A stretch of 64,000 nucleotides of DNA from Azolla caroliniana (taxonomy: Eukaryota; Plantae; Polypodiophyta), in the NCBI GenBank assembly GCA_043228905.1, contig JBHGNT010000011.1, positions 12,276,001-12,340,000 of the forward strand, written 5' to 3'. A model generated the notes under the pieces. The model ran no database searches and had not been told where the DNA came from. It was given only the letters and a program-made list of their open reading frames with translations. The translations under genes and the position numbers were made by a program. Positions 13,306 to 25,792 of this stretch are shown piece by piece. Numbering within the stretch: position 1 is the first letter of the stretch; the number at the start of each line of letters is the position of its first letter.

Positions 13306-14659
13306 GAAAGATGGCCGACTCATAGCTAAGGGGCGGAGAGACGGCCGAATGTTCATCCTTGATTCGAACGAGGTGAAATCGGCAATGTACGTCAAAGGTC
13401 TCAAAACCGAGACAAGCATCGAGTTGTGGCACAAGAGAATCGGCCACATAAACCTCCAACGGCTTCGAGCGATGCAAACCAAGGGAGTCATCATTGGACT
13501 TCCGACATTCGAGTCGACTGAGTATGCGAAGCGTGTCAACTCGGAAAACAACATCGACTCCCATTCCCGAAGGAGAGCCACGCAAGCGAAGGCCTCCTCA
13601 ACATCATACACTTGAATGTATGGGGACCGGCTCAAACGCCAAAGATCGGCGTGTTAATCCTTAGGGCCGGACAATGGCCTAACACAGGGTGTCTCCGAAA
13701 GACACTTCACCAAAGGGGTGTTACGGCGAGATAACTTAAGACACAATGATTAATTCGACTTAATAGGCTACTTAGCAATAAGGCATACACTTAATACACG
13801 TTGTCGTGCCTTTCGGCGCCAGATCGTTTGCGTGAGTTAGGTAGGAACCACTGGGGTTATGGACTAGGAAGAGGAAGAATTTGAGGCGATTTTAATTATG
13901 TATAGATTATTAGAAGCTTGTGAATCCCACAAGTAGAGTTGTTTTAGTTTGTCTTAATCATAGTAATAAATTGAAATAGTTTAGAATAGTTTAGAGTAGA
14001 AATAGAAAAGAGATCAAACCTTGTGAATCCCACAATTATATTAATTGGTGTTTTAGGAAATATATCCAATTTCCCAAATATTTTTCACACACCCATTACA
14101 TTGTGCTCCTCATCCTTATATAGAGATGAGAGAATCTTTTCTAACCCATGCGTTTTCTCTAATTATAGACTCCTCATCCTCTAGTATGTGCCGAAGTTGT
14201 CGGTGATTGTTAGTCTCGTCCGTCCTTTCTCCGCATGGTTGGTTTCATCGCCGGTCATTTTTGGTTGTCGGGCCCGTTCGGTCTCCGGTTTTTGGTTGTC
14301 GACTCCGCCCGGTTTCCAGTTCTGTTCGGTTGCAGGCTCTATCGGGTCTCCAATTACCGGCCCTCGTAATTCTTCTTTACTTGTAGTACCCTCCGTTTCT
14401 CTTGCTATGTCGGCTTTGTATCTCCATTTTGAGCACATCCAATCTTTCCACCCGAACCATTGTTTCCATCTGATCCACCATAGTCTTTGTTCTCTCTTTG
14501 CATTGCCATGAGTGGTTGTCATGGTCCCTTGTGGTCCTCTTAAGCATCTCGGTGTGTTGTCTCTCTTCGCTCCGCGCTTGTCTTCCGTATGTTCTACCCA
14601 CGCGTCGATGTCGACCTCTGAATACGCGCTCGTTGTTAGGTCCTTGTGCGGCTTTAATG

Positions 14660-14870
14660 CATGTTTCATTTCTCGTTGTTGCGCATGCATCGTATTACGC
14701 CGTAGCGCATGCTTCGCATTCCATTGTAGTGCATGCGTTGTATTACATTGTAGTGCATGCGTTGTATTACCCCGTAGTGCATGCTTCTTTTTGCGCCGTA
14801 GTGCGTGCTTCTTTTTACGCCGTAGCACGTGCTTCTTTTTGCGTCGTAGCGTGTGCTCCGTATTACATGT
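14660..14870. repeat. Degenerate 24-bp tandem repeat in the Gypsy 3' UTR
   Basis: About 8 units of CGTAGTGCATGC-like sequence. They translate as HALRRKKK/HALRGNTT/HALQCNTT octapeptides. Confidence 0.8.
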
Positions 14871-14953
14871 TGCTGTTGTTCGGAACTCTGTTGTTGTTGT
14901 TGCTGTTGTGGCTGTTGTTGCTGCTGTGGCTACGATTCCTCCGACTGTTGCTC

Positions 14954-17563
14954 CTAAGAGGGCGTCTGTTCGGCTCCCGGTACCGGCGGTTGTGGCGGTG
15001 ATTCCTCCGTTAGCTGCTTCGTCGGATTTGACTCCAGTTGACTCGCCCCGGCCTTCTCTCCGTCCGGTCCTTGCTCTGGTGATGGCTCCTCATCGCTGAG
15101 GTTGACGGTTGCCGCCTGCTTTGCTTCTTCTCTCCATAGCCTGGTTCGCTCATAGCTCTCAAATTGGATTTGAGCATCCAGTCGATCATCATCTAGCTGT
15201 GCTACAAGTTGCCGGACCATTGCTGACTGCTCCTCCGCCAGAGTTACAAAATCTTCGGCTAACTCATCTCTTACAGCGGTGAAGCCCTCCTTCGTTAGCA
15301 TGTAGCAGTCGTCGCCATCCTTCTGCTGGTTTTCCGCGTCTGCCCGTAGCAACCGGAGCTCGGCTGTGTGCTTTGCCCATTTGTCCCACCATTACGCGGA
15401 GCTCTCGTCAATCAAGCGTTTGGTCTTGTTTCTCCATGCCTAGAAAATGAACTGGATCCGCTCCAATCCCATCTTCAATTTATCCTCCGCGGCTTGTTGT
15501 TCGTCCTTCAACTGCTTGATGAGTGCCACCGTATCCACTTCCTGCTCCCGGTAATGTGACAATTGGGTTTGATAAGTGTTCTGCAGCCTTTGCAAGATCA
15601 TCGTCGCTCTTTCCTTCTCTGCATAATGCTGCTTATGCAGCTCCATCCGTTCTTGCGCGGCTTCCTCCAGAATCGTGGTTCTTTCAGGCCGTTCCTCCGC
15701 CAGTGCCGTCTCAACTCTATGCACCTCGTACCGGAGCTCTGCCATCTTCTCCTGATGTTTCTTATGCTCCATATCCAAGTGCTTGTAGTCCCGGTGCAGG
15801 TGCTCAAAATCATCGGTCTTCTGCTTCAGCTTTTGGTTGAGTTGTTGGCGAGCACGGTCTTCCGGGTCCTTCTACTGACTGAGTTCTTCTTTCAGACTTT
15901 TGATCTCTGTTTCTGCCATCCGTCACAGCTTCTCCTTTTCTTGCAGCGCCTTCTCTTTCTCCTCCTTCAGCCATTCATAGGCCTGATGTCCTTTCCGCAG
16001 ATTCTCTTCTGCCCAGCGGAGGTTCTGAGCAGTCTTTCGTTGCTCTTCTTCTGCCGCTTTCTTCAAGTCCCGCTCTCGGGTGCGTAATGCTTCCTGTGCG
16101 GCCAGTTCATCTCTTAATTCAGCAAGCTCTTTTGCTTGCGCCGCCACTATCTCCGGGACTGTTTCCGTCTCCGGGGTCTTATTGATATGTACAGGTGCCA
16201 GTGCTTATTTATTCTGTACATCTACCGGAGTCACCGGTGCTTGGAGCTGTGGTCCGGTTAAGGCCATTTTGGCCAATTCTTCTGTGGCCAGGTCCAAGTC
16301 TTGTTTTAGGCTCCGGATCCTTGACCGAGCCGTCTCTAGTTCTCCGATTGTGACGAGCAACCGGTCCATCTGTGCTTTCTATTCCGCATCTATGTAGTGT
16401 ACCACTCCGGCAATCTGTTCTCCAATCCACCGGAGCCATTGGCTGTCGGTGCCCTGTTGTTGCGTCTGCTCGGAGGGTTGGTTGTTGGTGTCGCTGGCCA
16501 GTGGTCGGTTTTGTCCGGTTGCGTCGAGCTGCAACTCTGGCTCTTGTTGGTGACCACTTTGTTGTTCTAGTTGCGGCTCCGTTGGCCGCTCCGCCTCTGA
16601 ATGCTCTTGGCCTGCCGGTGGGATAGGCAACTGTACTTTCGGCGCTTTCATTTCGGGTCTTCCCGTATCCTCACCCATCGGTAGAGGTTGTTGTGCAGGG
16701 AGCTCTGTGACCGGTTCTATCCGAATCGATTCCGGTTCCATCCTTGGTGCGGGCTGCTTAGGGTGGGGTACAGGCGTTCCATCCTTCTTTGGGTCTGAAC
16801 GCTCCTTGGCATGTTCGGAGGTGCTTGCCTTCTAGCGCCGCTGGAGGTGCTCTAACGGTTCCTCCTCCACTTCCTCCTCCTGAGTCCCAATGTTGATTTT
16901 CGCTGCCAAGGGGTCAGGCGCTCGTTGAACCGGTCGGCTAAGCCTGATCTTGATTGGCCGTACCGGTGGCTCCTCCTGCGTTTCCGCCTGCCACTTCCTA
17001 TTGGCGCACTCCTTTGCCACCTGGTCCATGTCAGTCGCCTTCCCTTTGGCTGCCTTATAAGCCAACAGTTGCTACCGTTTCGAGGCCGTTTTCGGGGTGC
17101 CTTCGGTTGTCCTTCCCCGCTTCGTGGTCGTGACGGGCTCGATAGGTGGCGCCAATAGGATGAGCCATTGCGCCACTGCCCTCCATATCTTCTGACCCTC
17201 TTTGCCTCTGACAGAGTCGATGGCCGCACAGAGGCCATCCGCAATCAGTACCGCCCAGTCCACCTTCATGCCTTCATATGTGGCTATGATTAAACCGGCC
17301 CGGTTCCGAGGCATGCACGGGAGTCGAGGGTATACATGTCCAAATTCATGGAGCACATGGGCAATCTCTCGAAAGAGTGGATCTTCGCCGCCCTGTGTCC
17401 GGTAGGCCTTGCTTGCCAGAGAGTATTCCCCAAAATATTTTCAGAGTTGTTCTGGGGTAGGGTTGTCGATATTGAAGATTCCCCCTTCCGGAAGGCCAAT
17501 CAATGCATGGATGGCCTCCTCAGTAATCAGAATGTCATGTACTAAAATAGAATGTCGTGCCAT
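14954..17563 (-). pseudogene. Extra ORF 3' of integrase in the Athila/Tat-like Gypsy: about 870 codons, N-terminal globular region plus long coiled coil
   Basis: ORF-track pieces 17356-17072, 17065-16832, 16741-16379, 16147-15923, 15778-15440 and 15352-14954 all lie in one frame with the ATG at 17563. They are broken only by in-frame stops. Confidence 0.75.
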
Positions 17564-20500
17564 GTGGCGACGGTTTAATACCCTATTAATAGCCCACTAC
17601 GTACATTTTTAAAGTGCCTGTTCACTCCTTGTTTTTGCATGTGTCCGTTCACCCCTCGCCCTTGCATGATTTACTTTGATTTGATTTTATTCGATTTCTT
17701 TTTTTATTTTTAAAATGGTTTTGCTAATTCGCAACCGGTCCCACTGGACCCCTATCCGGATTGTGGTCCTTGCCAGCCACTGGACCGCTTGCCGTCACTT
17801 TCGACTTACTGGTGTCTGGTTCTGTGTCGCCCTTCACTTGTTCAAATGGGTTTCTTGGCATGGGTCCATTGTATGGTTTGAGTCGGAACTCATTGACCAA
17901 TTTACCCAGCACCTCGCTGGCGAGTGTCCCTAATTGGTAGGAACCGTTGAACTCTCGCATAATCCAGTATGGTCCGGTCCACCGAAACCGTAGTTTTCCC
18001 GGCATCTTACCCATCTGGATCTGGAACACGAGTACCGGCTTACCGATTCCGAACATCTTTTCATTTCCTTTTCGGTGACGATCCACGAACGCTTTCCTTC
18101 GCCGCTGCTCTAGTTCTAGCTACATGATGCTGGCTAGCTGGTGTTCTTCCAATTCACACAGCGCGTTTAACCGGATAGCTTCTGATTCCTTCTCATTTAG
18201 GCGTTCCCGAATCTGTATTCGTAAACTCGGTACCTGGAACTCTACCAGCATCACTGCTTCCAATCCGAATGCTAGGCGGAACGGTGTTGTGCGAATACTT
18301 GTCTTATATGCCGTTCGGTAGGCCCAGAGTGCACTGTGCAGCTTTGTATCCCAATCCATCCGGTTCTCATTGACGATTTTCCGCAGGATATTCTGTAGTG
18401 TTTTATTTGTTGACTCTGCTAATCCGTTGGCTTGCAGATAATAGGGAGTGCTCCATTTGTGCACCACCGCATAAAATGTCGTCAAACTTTCCACTACTTG
18501 CCCTAAGAAGTGCCCACCTTGGTCACTTATGAGCTCTATCGGACATCCATATCGGCACCAGATGCATTCATATAAAAATTTTGCCGTGGATGCCATGGTG
18601 TTGTCGCGTAGTGCTTTCGCTTCCACCCATTTTGTGCAGTAATCCGTAGCGACGATCACGTACCGGTTGCCGGTTCTCATTGCCGGTGGTTTGAACGGAC
18701 CGACAAAATCTAGCCCCATTTCTGAAATGGTTCTAACGGTAGCACAAGCTGGTGAGGCATTCTGGCTTGTTCAGTTGGTTGGCCCATTCGTTGACATAGG
18801 TCGCATTCTTTAGCGTACCGGACTGCATCCTTCAATGTTGTCGGCCACCGTAGTCCACTCTGCCATATTTTCCTTGTCGTAACGTCTCCGGCATAATGTC
18901 CTCCAGCCACGCCGCAGTGTGCTTCGCGCAATATTATTTCCTTTTCGTCACTGCGCACTGCACGCCGCCATATGCCATCTGTGCCTTTGTGGTACAGGGT
19001 GTCCTGTAATAGACAGAAGTGCCAGCTTTGAACTGCTAAGCGTTTCCTCTCGTCTCTGTTCATCTCCTCCGGAGGTAAGCTGGTGCCCAGAAATTGGTGC
19101 ATGTTGGTAAGCCACTTGTCTTCCTCTGCGACCATACTATCCGATGTCGTTTCTGCTGTGACTCTAAACAGCTCTGCATCCGGAAAGTCATCTGGGACTC
19201 CGTCACCGGTTTCGCCGGAATCTAATCGGCTTAAATAGTCTGCAACCACATGTTGTATGTCGGGTTGGTGGAATATCTCAAACTCGAATTCTTGCAATAG
19301 TAACGTCCACCGGGCCAGCTTACCGGTGAGTGATGCTTTGGACACCAAATAAAGGAGCGTCGAATGATCTACGTGAAAGGAAAATTTCCTTCCCAACAGA
19401 TAGTGTCTAAACTTGGTGACACTATAGATCATACCCAAGGCCTCCCTTTCCGTTGTGGAATAATTCCGTTCCGCTTGGGACAGCTTCCGGCTGGCATAAT
19501 AGACTGGCCGGTACCATTTCAGTTCTGTCAATTGCATCAGTGCGCTCCCGATTGCGATGTCGGACACGTCAACGAACACATGGAACTCTTTGGACCAATC
19601 CGGAGGTTGCACCACCGACGCTTGTGACAACAGTACTTTTAGTGCCCGGTAAGCCTGGTCTTCTGTGTTCGTCCATTGGAACGGTGTCCGATGTACTGCG
19701 GCATGCAGTGGTGTAGCCAGGTCTGCCAGATACCGGAGCATTCTGCTATGCCACCGAATTTGTCCTAAGAACCGGCTTAGTGCCTTTGTCGTGGCTGGTG
19801 CCGGTGCCTCTGGGATTGCTTTTACTTTGTCCGGATCCACTGCGATACCGTCCTTGCTTACTATGTGGCCTAGTAACGCTCCGTTGGTTACTCCGAACAC
19901 GCATTTTGCCGGGTTCAGACTTAGTCAGTAAACCCTACATTTTTCTAGGCATAGTCGGAGGTGCTGAAGGTCATCCAAGAACACCTGCATGAATGCCGGA
20001 ATGAATTCCCCGAAAATTTCCATGATGATCCGCTGGAAGGTTGCTGGTGTCGTTTTCAGTCCGAACATCATCACTACGGCAACGAAGACTCCCCATTCAG
20101 TGACAAAAGCGGTTTTCTCCTGGTCGGCGGGGTGCATCTGGATCTGATTATAGCCGCTGAAACCGTCCAGAAAACTGTAGACCTCATGACCGGCGACCGC
20201 ATCCAGGACTCCATCCGTGAATGGAAGTAGGAAGGCGTCTGTTACCGTAGCCACATTCAATTTCCGGTAGTCGACGCACACTATGATCTTACCGTTCTTT
20301 TTGGGTACTACCACTATCGGGCTAAGCCATGTGGCTTTCTTTTCCAGTCGGATGAAGCCCACTCTTAGCAACTCGTCGATTTCTTCTTTGACTTTTGTTG
20401 CGTAATTCGGGTTCATCCGGTAACGTCGTTGCGCTACCGGTTTGGCGTCTTTACTCAGATGTATCTGGTGTTGATATAACTGAGGATCGAGTCTCGGCAT

Positions 20501-21699
20501 GTCCTTATAGGACCAGGCGAACACATCGCGAAATTCTTTTAGGAGTGTGATCATTGCCGTTTTGTTCTCCGAAATCATTTCCTTGGCGATGTGCACCGGT
20601 CTTGTGTCCTCTGTGGTACCTAGGTTTACCACTTCTAGTTGGGATGCTTTCACGCGCTGCAATACTACCATTTCTTTTTCCAGTGCCTCTTGTGCTTGCC
20701 GTAATTCCCGGATTGCTTCTTTATCCGGTTCCTCGTCGGTCCCGTCCAGTTGCAGTACGTACGGTGATACTACTTCGGCTACATCAATCTCGAATAGAGG
20801 TACGATCTTTGGATTTTCCTATAAGTATTGATCGACCTCTTCGTCCGCCAATCCTTCCAGCATGTTGACACATTCCGCATATAGCGGCGTTGATTCCTTG
20901 CCGGTACCGGATCGTGGTTGAGTCGGTACTCGTACTTTCGCTTTTCCACGCTAGAACGTAATTATATTCTTCCTCCAGTTTTGCTTTATGTGTGTTGTTT
21001 TTAACCAAGGGCATCCCAACAATAGTGGGTACTCTCCCTGAGCCTGTAGCTAGAGAACTACTACGGAAATGCGAAATGTGTGACCCCCCGATGGTCACTT
21101 CCAGATCACGTATTAATCCGGTCAATCGTACTGAGCTTGTGTCCACCATCCGAAGCCAAAACGGGCACGGTTCCCAGTCATGGATTCCTAGCGTGTTACA
21201 CGTTCGGAGGCTAATCACATTCACGCCGGATCCTCCATCAATAATCGTGCTCGGTAGCTCTTTTCCTTTCACGATGACTGTGATTGTCGAACTGCTCGTG
21301 TCCACCACTGCCGGTCCTTTCTCCGGATTCGAAAAGAATGCCGGAGCCGGTGGTGTGTTAGCTGTCGTCCTTCCTGTCTTCAGTCCTTCCGTGAAGCGCG
21401 GTACCAGTTGCAACAGTCGGCCTAACGGCAGCGTGATTTGGCATTCTTGTAACGCCTGCCATGTTGGGTTTTCGGGTTGCCCCGGGCCGGTGAGCTCTTC
21501 GGCATTCTCCTTTTGTTGTTCGAGCTCTGCCGCATTCCGCTCATTTGCCTTCTTCACCCATTCGGTTGCCTGCTTCCGGATGCAACACACATAAGTCCAT
21601 AGAATACTTTAAGAGACCAGACAAGCATTTTCGTAGTTCATCATAAAAAATGACACATTTACAGGTCATCAGACAAAATAAAACATTCACAGGCCTGAT

Positions 21700-22114
21700 G
21701 ACCTGTAAATCTTCGTGTTATGGATATTAAAATCTTCTTACTCTTGCCAATGTTGTCATCCACATCACCTGACACCAAGCTACAATATCAAAAGCAAAAA
21801 AATTAGCATAGATACATTAGAAAGAATCAAAATATTAAGATAACAAATTCTTAATTTTAAAGTAATCTAGCTTCTCTAATACTAAAAACCTTGAAATGTA
21901 ATCATGAACAAATCAACCAGAGAAAATATCTCCATTTAGAGAGTAGCAAAGTAGAAAAACTATATATCATCGTACCTTATCTTGTGCATGAAGGAGTGTT
22001 TGTCTCGGTTGATGGAGATCTTGCAATATGGAAACACCAAGCTCCTCAGTTTCTAGAATAGCCCTCTTGCTTTCTTTAATTTTTTTCACTAGATTGATTA
22101 AGCCTCTCCAGCAT
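21700..22114 (-). pseudogene. VTI1: Captured fragment of a VTI1-type Qb-SNARE gene: two partial exons and an intron
   Basis: The minus strand reads ERLNQSS..KESKRAILETEELGVSILQDLHQPRQTLLHAQDK, then a GT donor (21975) and AG acceptor (21781-21780), then DVDDNIGKSKKILISITRR. This matches the VTI11/12/13 SNARE motif as I recall it. The fragment is frameshifted. Confidence 0.85.
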
Positions 22115-25100
22115 ACGAAATAATTTTAAAATGACATCAATATAACAATGGTGGATCCAAGTTAAAACCACCAAATCATGAAAAATGAACAAATTTAAGT
22201 TCAAATGCCAAACACTTAAATTTTAAATTTTAAATATGTCCATCAACAATATGAAAGTATAATGTTTGAAATTAAAAAGAAATATATGGGCAATTAAGCA
22301 CGTGTTCTAACTTCTAATTTGACTCAACATATTGAGTTTCCCACACCGTGGCTTTGCCTTTTGATCTTGTAGTGACTTGTTGTATGTTCGCGACTTCCGC
22401 GTCTACCATGTTCACCGATGGTCGCTTCTCGTAGCTCCTCGCCGGACATTGATTACTATAGTGGCCCTCTTTCCGGCAATAATAGCAGTACGACTTTTGG
22501 GTGTTGCTGGATTCGGCGTGTGTGCTTCGTGGCAGACCGGGGGTAAGTGCTTGGTTTTGGTCTGGTTGGCTACTCGGAGCACCCTTTTCCGGTTCTCGTG
22601 GATGACCCCCCTTTTTGTTGAAATGACGTTTCTTATTGAAATTCTTTTTGTTGCAGTATCCTTGCTGGGGCTAGTCGTCATCCTTGCCATAGTCGTCCCG
22701 TCGGTGGTTGTAACCAGGGGACTGATCCCGGTTATATCTTTCATACCGTCCATTATAGTCCCGGTATCTATCCTATCTATCATATCAGTCATAAGCGTCT
22801 CTTCGATCGCTATACCGGACATCTTGTGCCGGCCGGTAGCGCTCCTCTCGCCACCAGTGTTCTTCTTCTTCCTCCCGGTTGCTCCGTGGTTCAATTTTCC
22901 GGACTGGTGGTGCTTGTCGATTTAACAAGTTATACTCACACCGTTCCATTGTGTGACTTCTGGAGTGGTAGAGCAAGTATTGGGAACGCATGGTGCATTC
23001 CAACACCGAATGTCCGGCATTCAGGCATATCGTACATTGAACTGCTTGCCGGAAACGGAGGTCCTCTTCTGTTTGTAGTGTACGCTGAAGTGCGCCCATG
23101 GTTAGCCATGAACTCGAGTTTTCCATTTCCCAAACTCGGTCAATCACTTGATCTATGTTGTTGGTGCGGAAATCGATGACGGTGCACACCGTTCGTAAGG
23201 GTCCTCGGAGTGCTACTAAGAATATGGCCTTTGTTTCTTCCTCCGGTGTTGTCTGGCTTAGCTGACTGTGGATCCGTTGGAACCGGATGACAAATTGTTG
23301 GATGTTCTCCGTTGGTTCCTGCCGGATACTGTAAAATAAGCCGACCATTTCCTGCTGGTCCATTTCCTTGTGGAAGAAATGCAAGAATTTTGTCTTCAAT
23401 GTTTCAAACATGGGGATGGTGTTGGGATCCTGTGTTCAGTGCCATCTGGCGGCCGGTCCCTCCAAGGTCATGCCGAACTCTGCCCGTTTTGAGCATTCCT
23501 CTTTGGCCACATTTAAGCGTTGGGACACATGGTTCGCCTCCTAGGTCTGCTGAAACGCATGGACGTGGGCTTCCGCGTTCGGATCATCCCAGTATCTGGG
23601 ATATTGGAACGGCATATCGTCGTCTGGTGTCAGTACACGGGCTGGTGGTGTCAGTGGTCGTTCCTCCTCTGGTGGTGTCGGAGGTTTTTCCCAGTCTTCT
23701 ATCGCCGTCGGAGGTCTTTCCTGCTCCTCTTGCCGTGTAGGAGGCTTCTCCTCCTCGACTTCCGGTGTCGGAGGTCTCTCGTCCTCGACTTCTGGTTCCG
23801 GAGTGTGGTCGTCTTCTGGTACCGGAGGTTCCAGCCTTGTCGATTCTGGTTCTGGTGTCGGCAAAGTATCCGACTCCTCGTCCTCTGGTCCGCCTGGGGT
23901 GTCATTACTACTACGGTAGTTCGTTTGTGCGCTATATTCCCCATCCGAACCCGATTCAAATGCCGAAAATGCTTCGGATTCGCCTTCCCCCGCTGCCAAT
24001 GCCTGGAGAAGGGATGTCGCTTCTCGGAGGCTGCTTAGGCTGCTTCCTTCGTCCGGGTAGGCGTTTTGTGGTAACCAAAGTGACTCCTTGCCCACTCTCC
24101 GGATCACCTTGGAAAATGAGCGATCCACTCTGATTTCTTCTGCCGCTTGCTGGAAAGCCTCTTGCTTCCTCAGCCGTTCAGCAAGTCTCCTTGCTCGCTC
24201 TGTAACCGGGTCATTCGTTGGTCGCGTCATCCATTCCCGCCGATGTTCGCTGCGATTGTGCAGGAATCGTGGTCGCCAAAAATTGCAAGTCGAAAAAGAA
24301 ACAGGTCGGCACATTCGATGCCTACGATCGGATGGAGGCAAGGAGTACTTCTCCAATGAATTCACCTCCTACCTCCAAAGTGAAGGCATTCGTAGAGAAT
24401 TCTCATGCCAACACACATCCCAACAAAATGGATTCACCGAAAGGAAGAATCGGCAAATACTTAATGTAGCACACGCCATGATGCATGAGAAGCACATGCC
24501 GAATTTCTATTGGGTCGAAGCGGTATCCATGGCCGTCTATCTCATGAACCGGTGCACCACCAATGGAGTTCATGAGCAAACTCCCTACGAGCTCCTGGTC
24601 GGAAGGAAGCCGATCATGTTGCACCTCAAGGTGTTCGGAAGTATTGCGAATGTACGCATCCCGAACGAACAACGACAAAAGCCCGACGCGAAGTCAGAGG
24701 AATGTATCCTCATAGGATACTCGTCCAAGAAGAAGGCATACAAGTGCTACAACCCTTCTACCCAAGTGGTTCAGGTAAGTCAAGCCATAGTCTTCGATGA
24801 GCCCGCATCCTGGTATGCACCAGAGACAACTTTGACTCCAACTACGCTCGACCCGGAATCCGCCAAACAAGAGGTAGAAGATGGAGATCGCTTCGAACAC
24901 ATGTTTGAAGAAAGTCCGATTACGGCAAGGCCTAGTGGGCCACAACAGCCCCCACGCGACCCAACCACATCGCGGCCAAGTACAAACTTGGACAAAGGCA
25001 AAGGTAAGATGCCTAAATACGAAGTCGACCACCTCGACGACAATGATTCAGATGGATTGGCACCCTCACTAGACAGTGAGTTTGGTGTACCCATCATGCG

Positions 25101-25792
25101 TACACCCAGAGTAAAGAAGGCGCTCACATCGGCGAGTGAAAAACTTCGACGCTCATTTAGAGCTAAGAACCCCGTCACTCGGCACGACTACAACGAGTAC
25201 ATGGCCCATCATTATGCCTTCGCGATGAAGGTAGCGGCCGAACAAGAGCCCAAGAGCTCCACCAAAGCGGCTCGTAACCCACGATGGGTGGAAGTAGTTG
25301 ACCTTCGCCCACACACTACAACCCTTCGTCATCGGCTTGAGGGGGAGGAACCGAGATTGCCACGACGAAGAAAGCCAAAGGCCGGACGGTGTCAAGATTC
25401 AAACTCTTGACACGACCATGTTATAATCTACTATTATGAGTTAACCAAGATATCTAGTACTAGTTATGTATGTAATTGGTCCTTATTATTTTGCTAGCAT
25501 CATGTGCATAGTTGCTCCCTTGTAGTATTTACACTTGGCACATGCATGCATACCTACATGCTCTATTGTAGATTCACATGCGTGCAACAAGTGTGCATGC
25601 CATGTAGTATAAATAGAGGAGTTCACCTTGAAGGAATTCAAGGTGAACAACACCAGTTATGGAGTCTTTCCTTTAGTACTATCTTCTTTCTTGTCCATTT
25701 GGTTATCTTCTTGGTTGTCTCTTGAGTTTATGATCCGTGACAGTTTGTTCACCTTCCCATCCTCATAGCTCTCCCTCTCATAAGCCATAGCT

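Larger units (their letters stand above)
13652..24282 (-). mobile_element. Non-chromoviral Ty3/Gypsy (Athila/Tat-like) inserted in the Copia-C integrase; 5' LTR deleted
   Basis: PBS TGGCGACCAC (24278-24269) resembles the complement of a tRNA-Arg 3' end. Gag 24229-22350 has CYYCRKEGHYSNQC. Protease IIDGGSGVN, RT FLDGFSGYNQI, RNase H 19900-19200, integrase HHCC plus GLDFVGPF 18900-17724, and an extra ORF at 17563-14954. The 3' LTR is putatively 13652-14437, after the PPT-like GGGTGGAAAGATTGGA. Confidence 0.85.

Noticed and set aside
14181-15099. Long overlapping ORFs (215 aa, 195 aa, 167 aa)
   Set aside because: They arise from a stop-free 24-bp tandem repeat and LTR/UTR sequence, with no protein homology evident.
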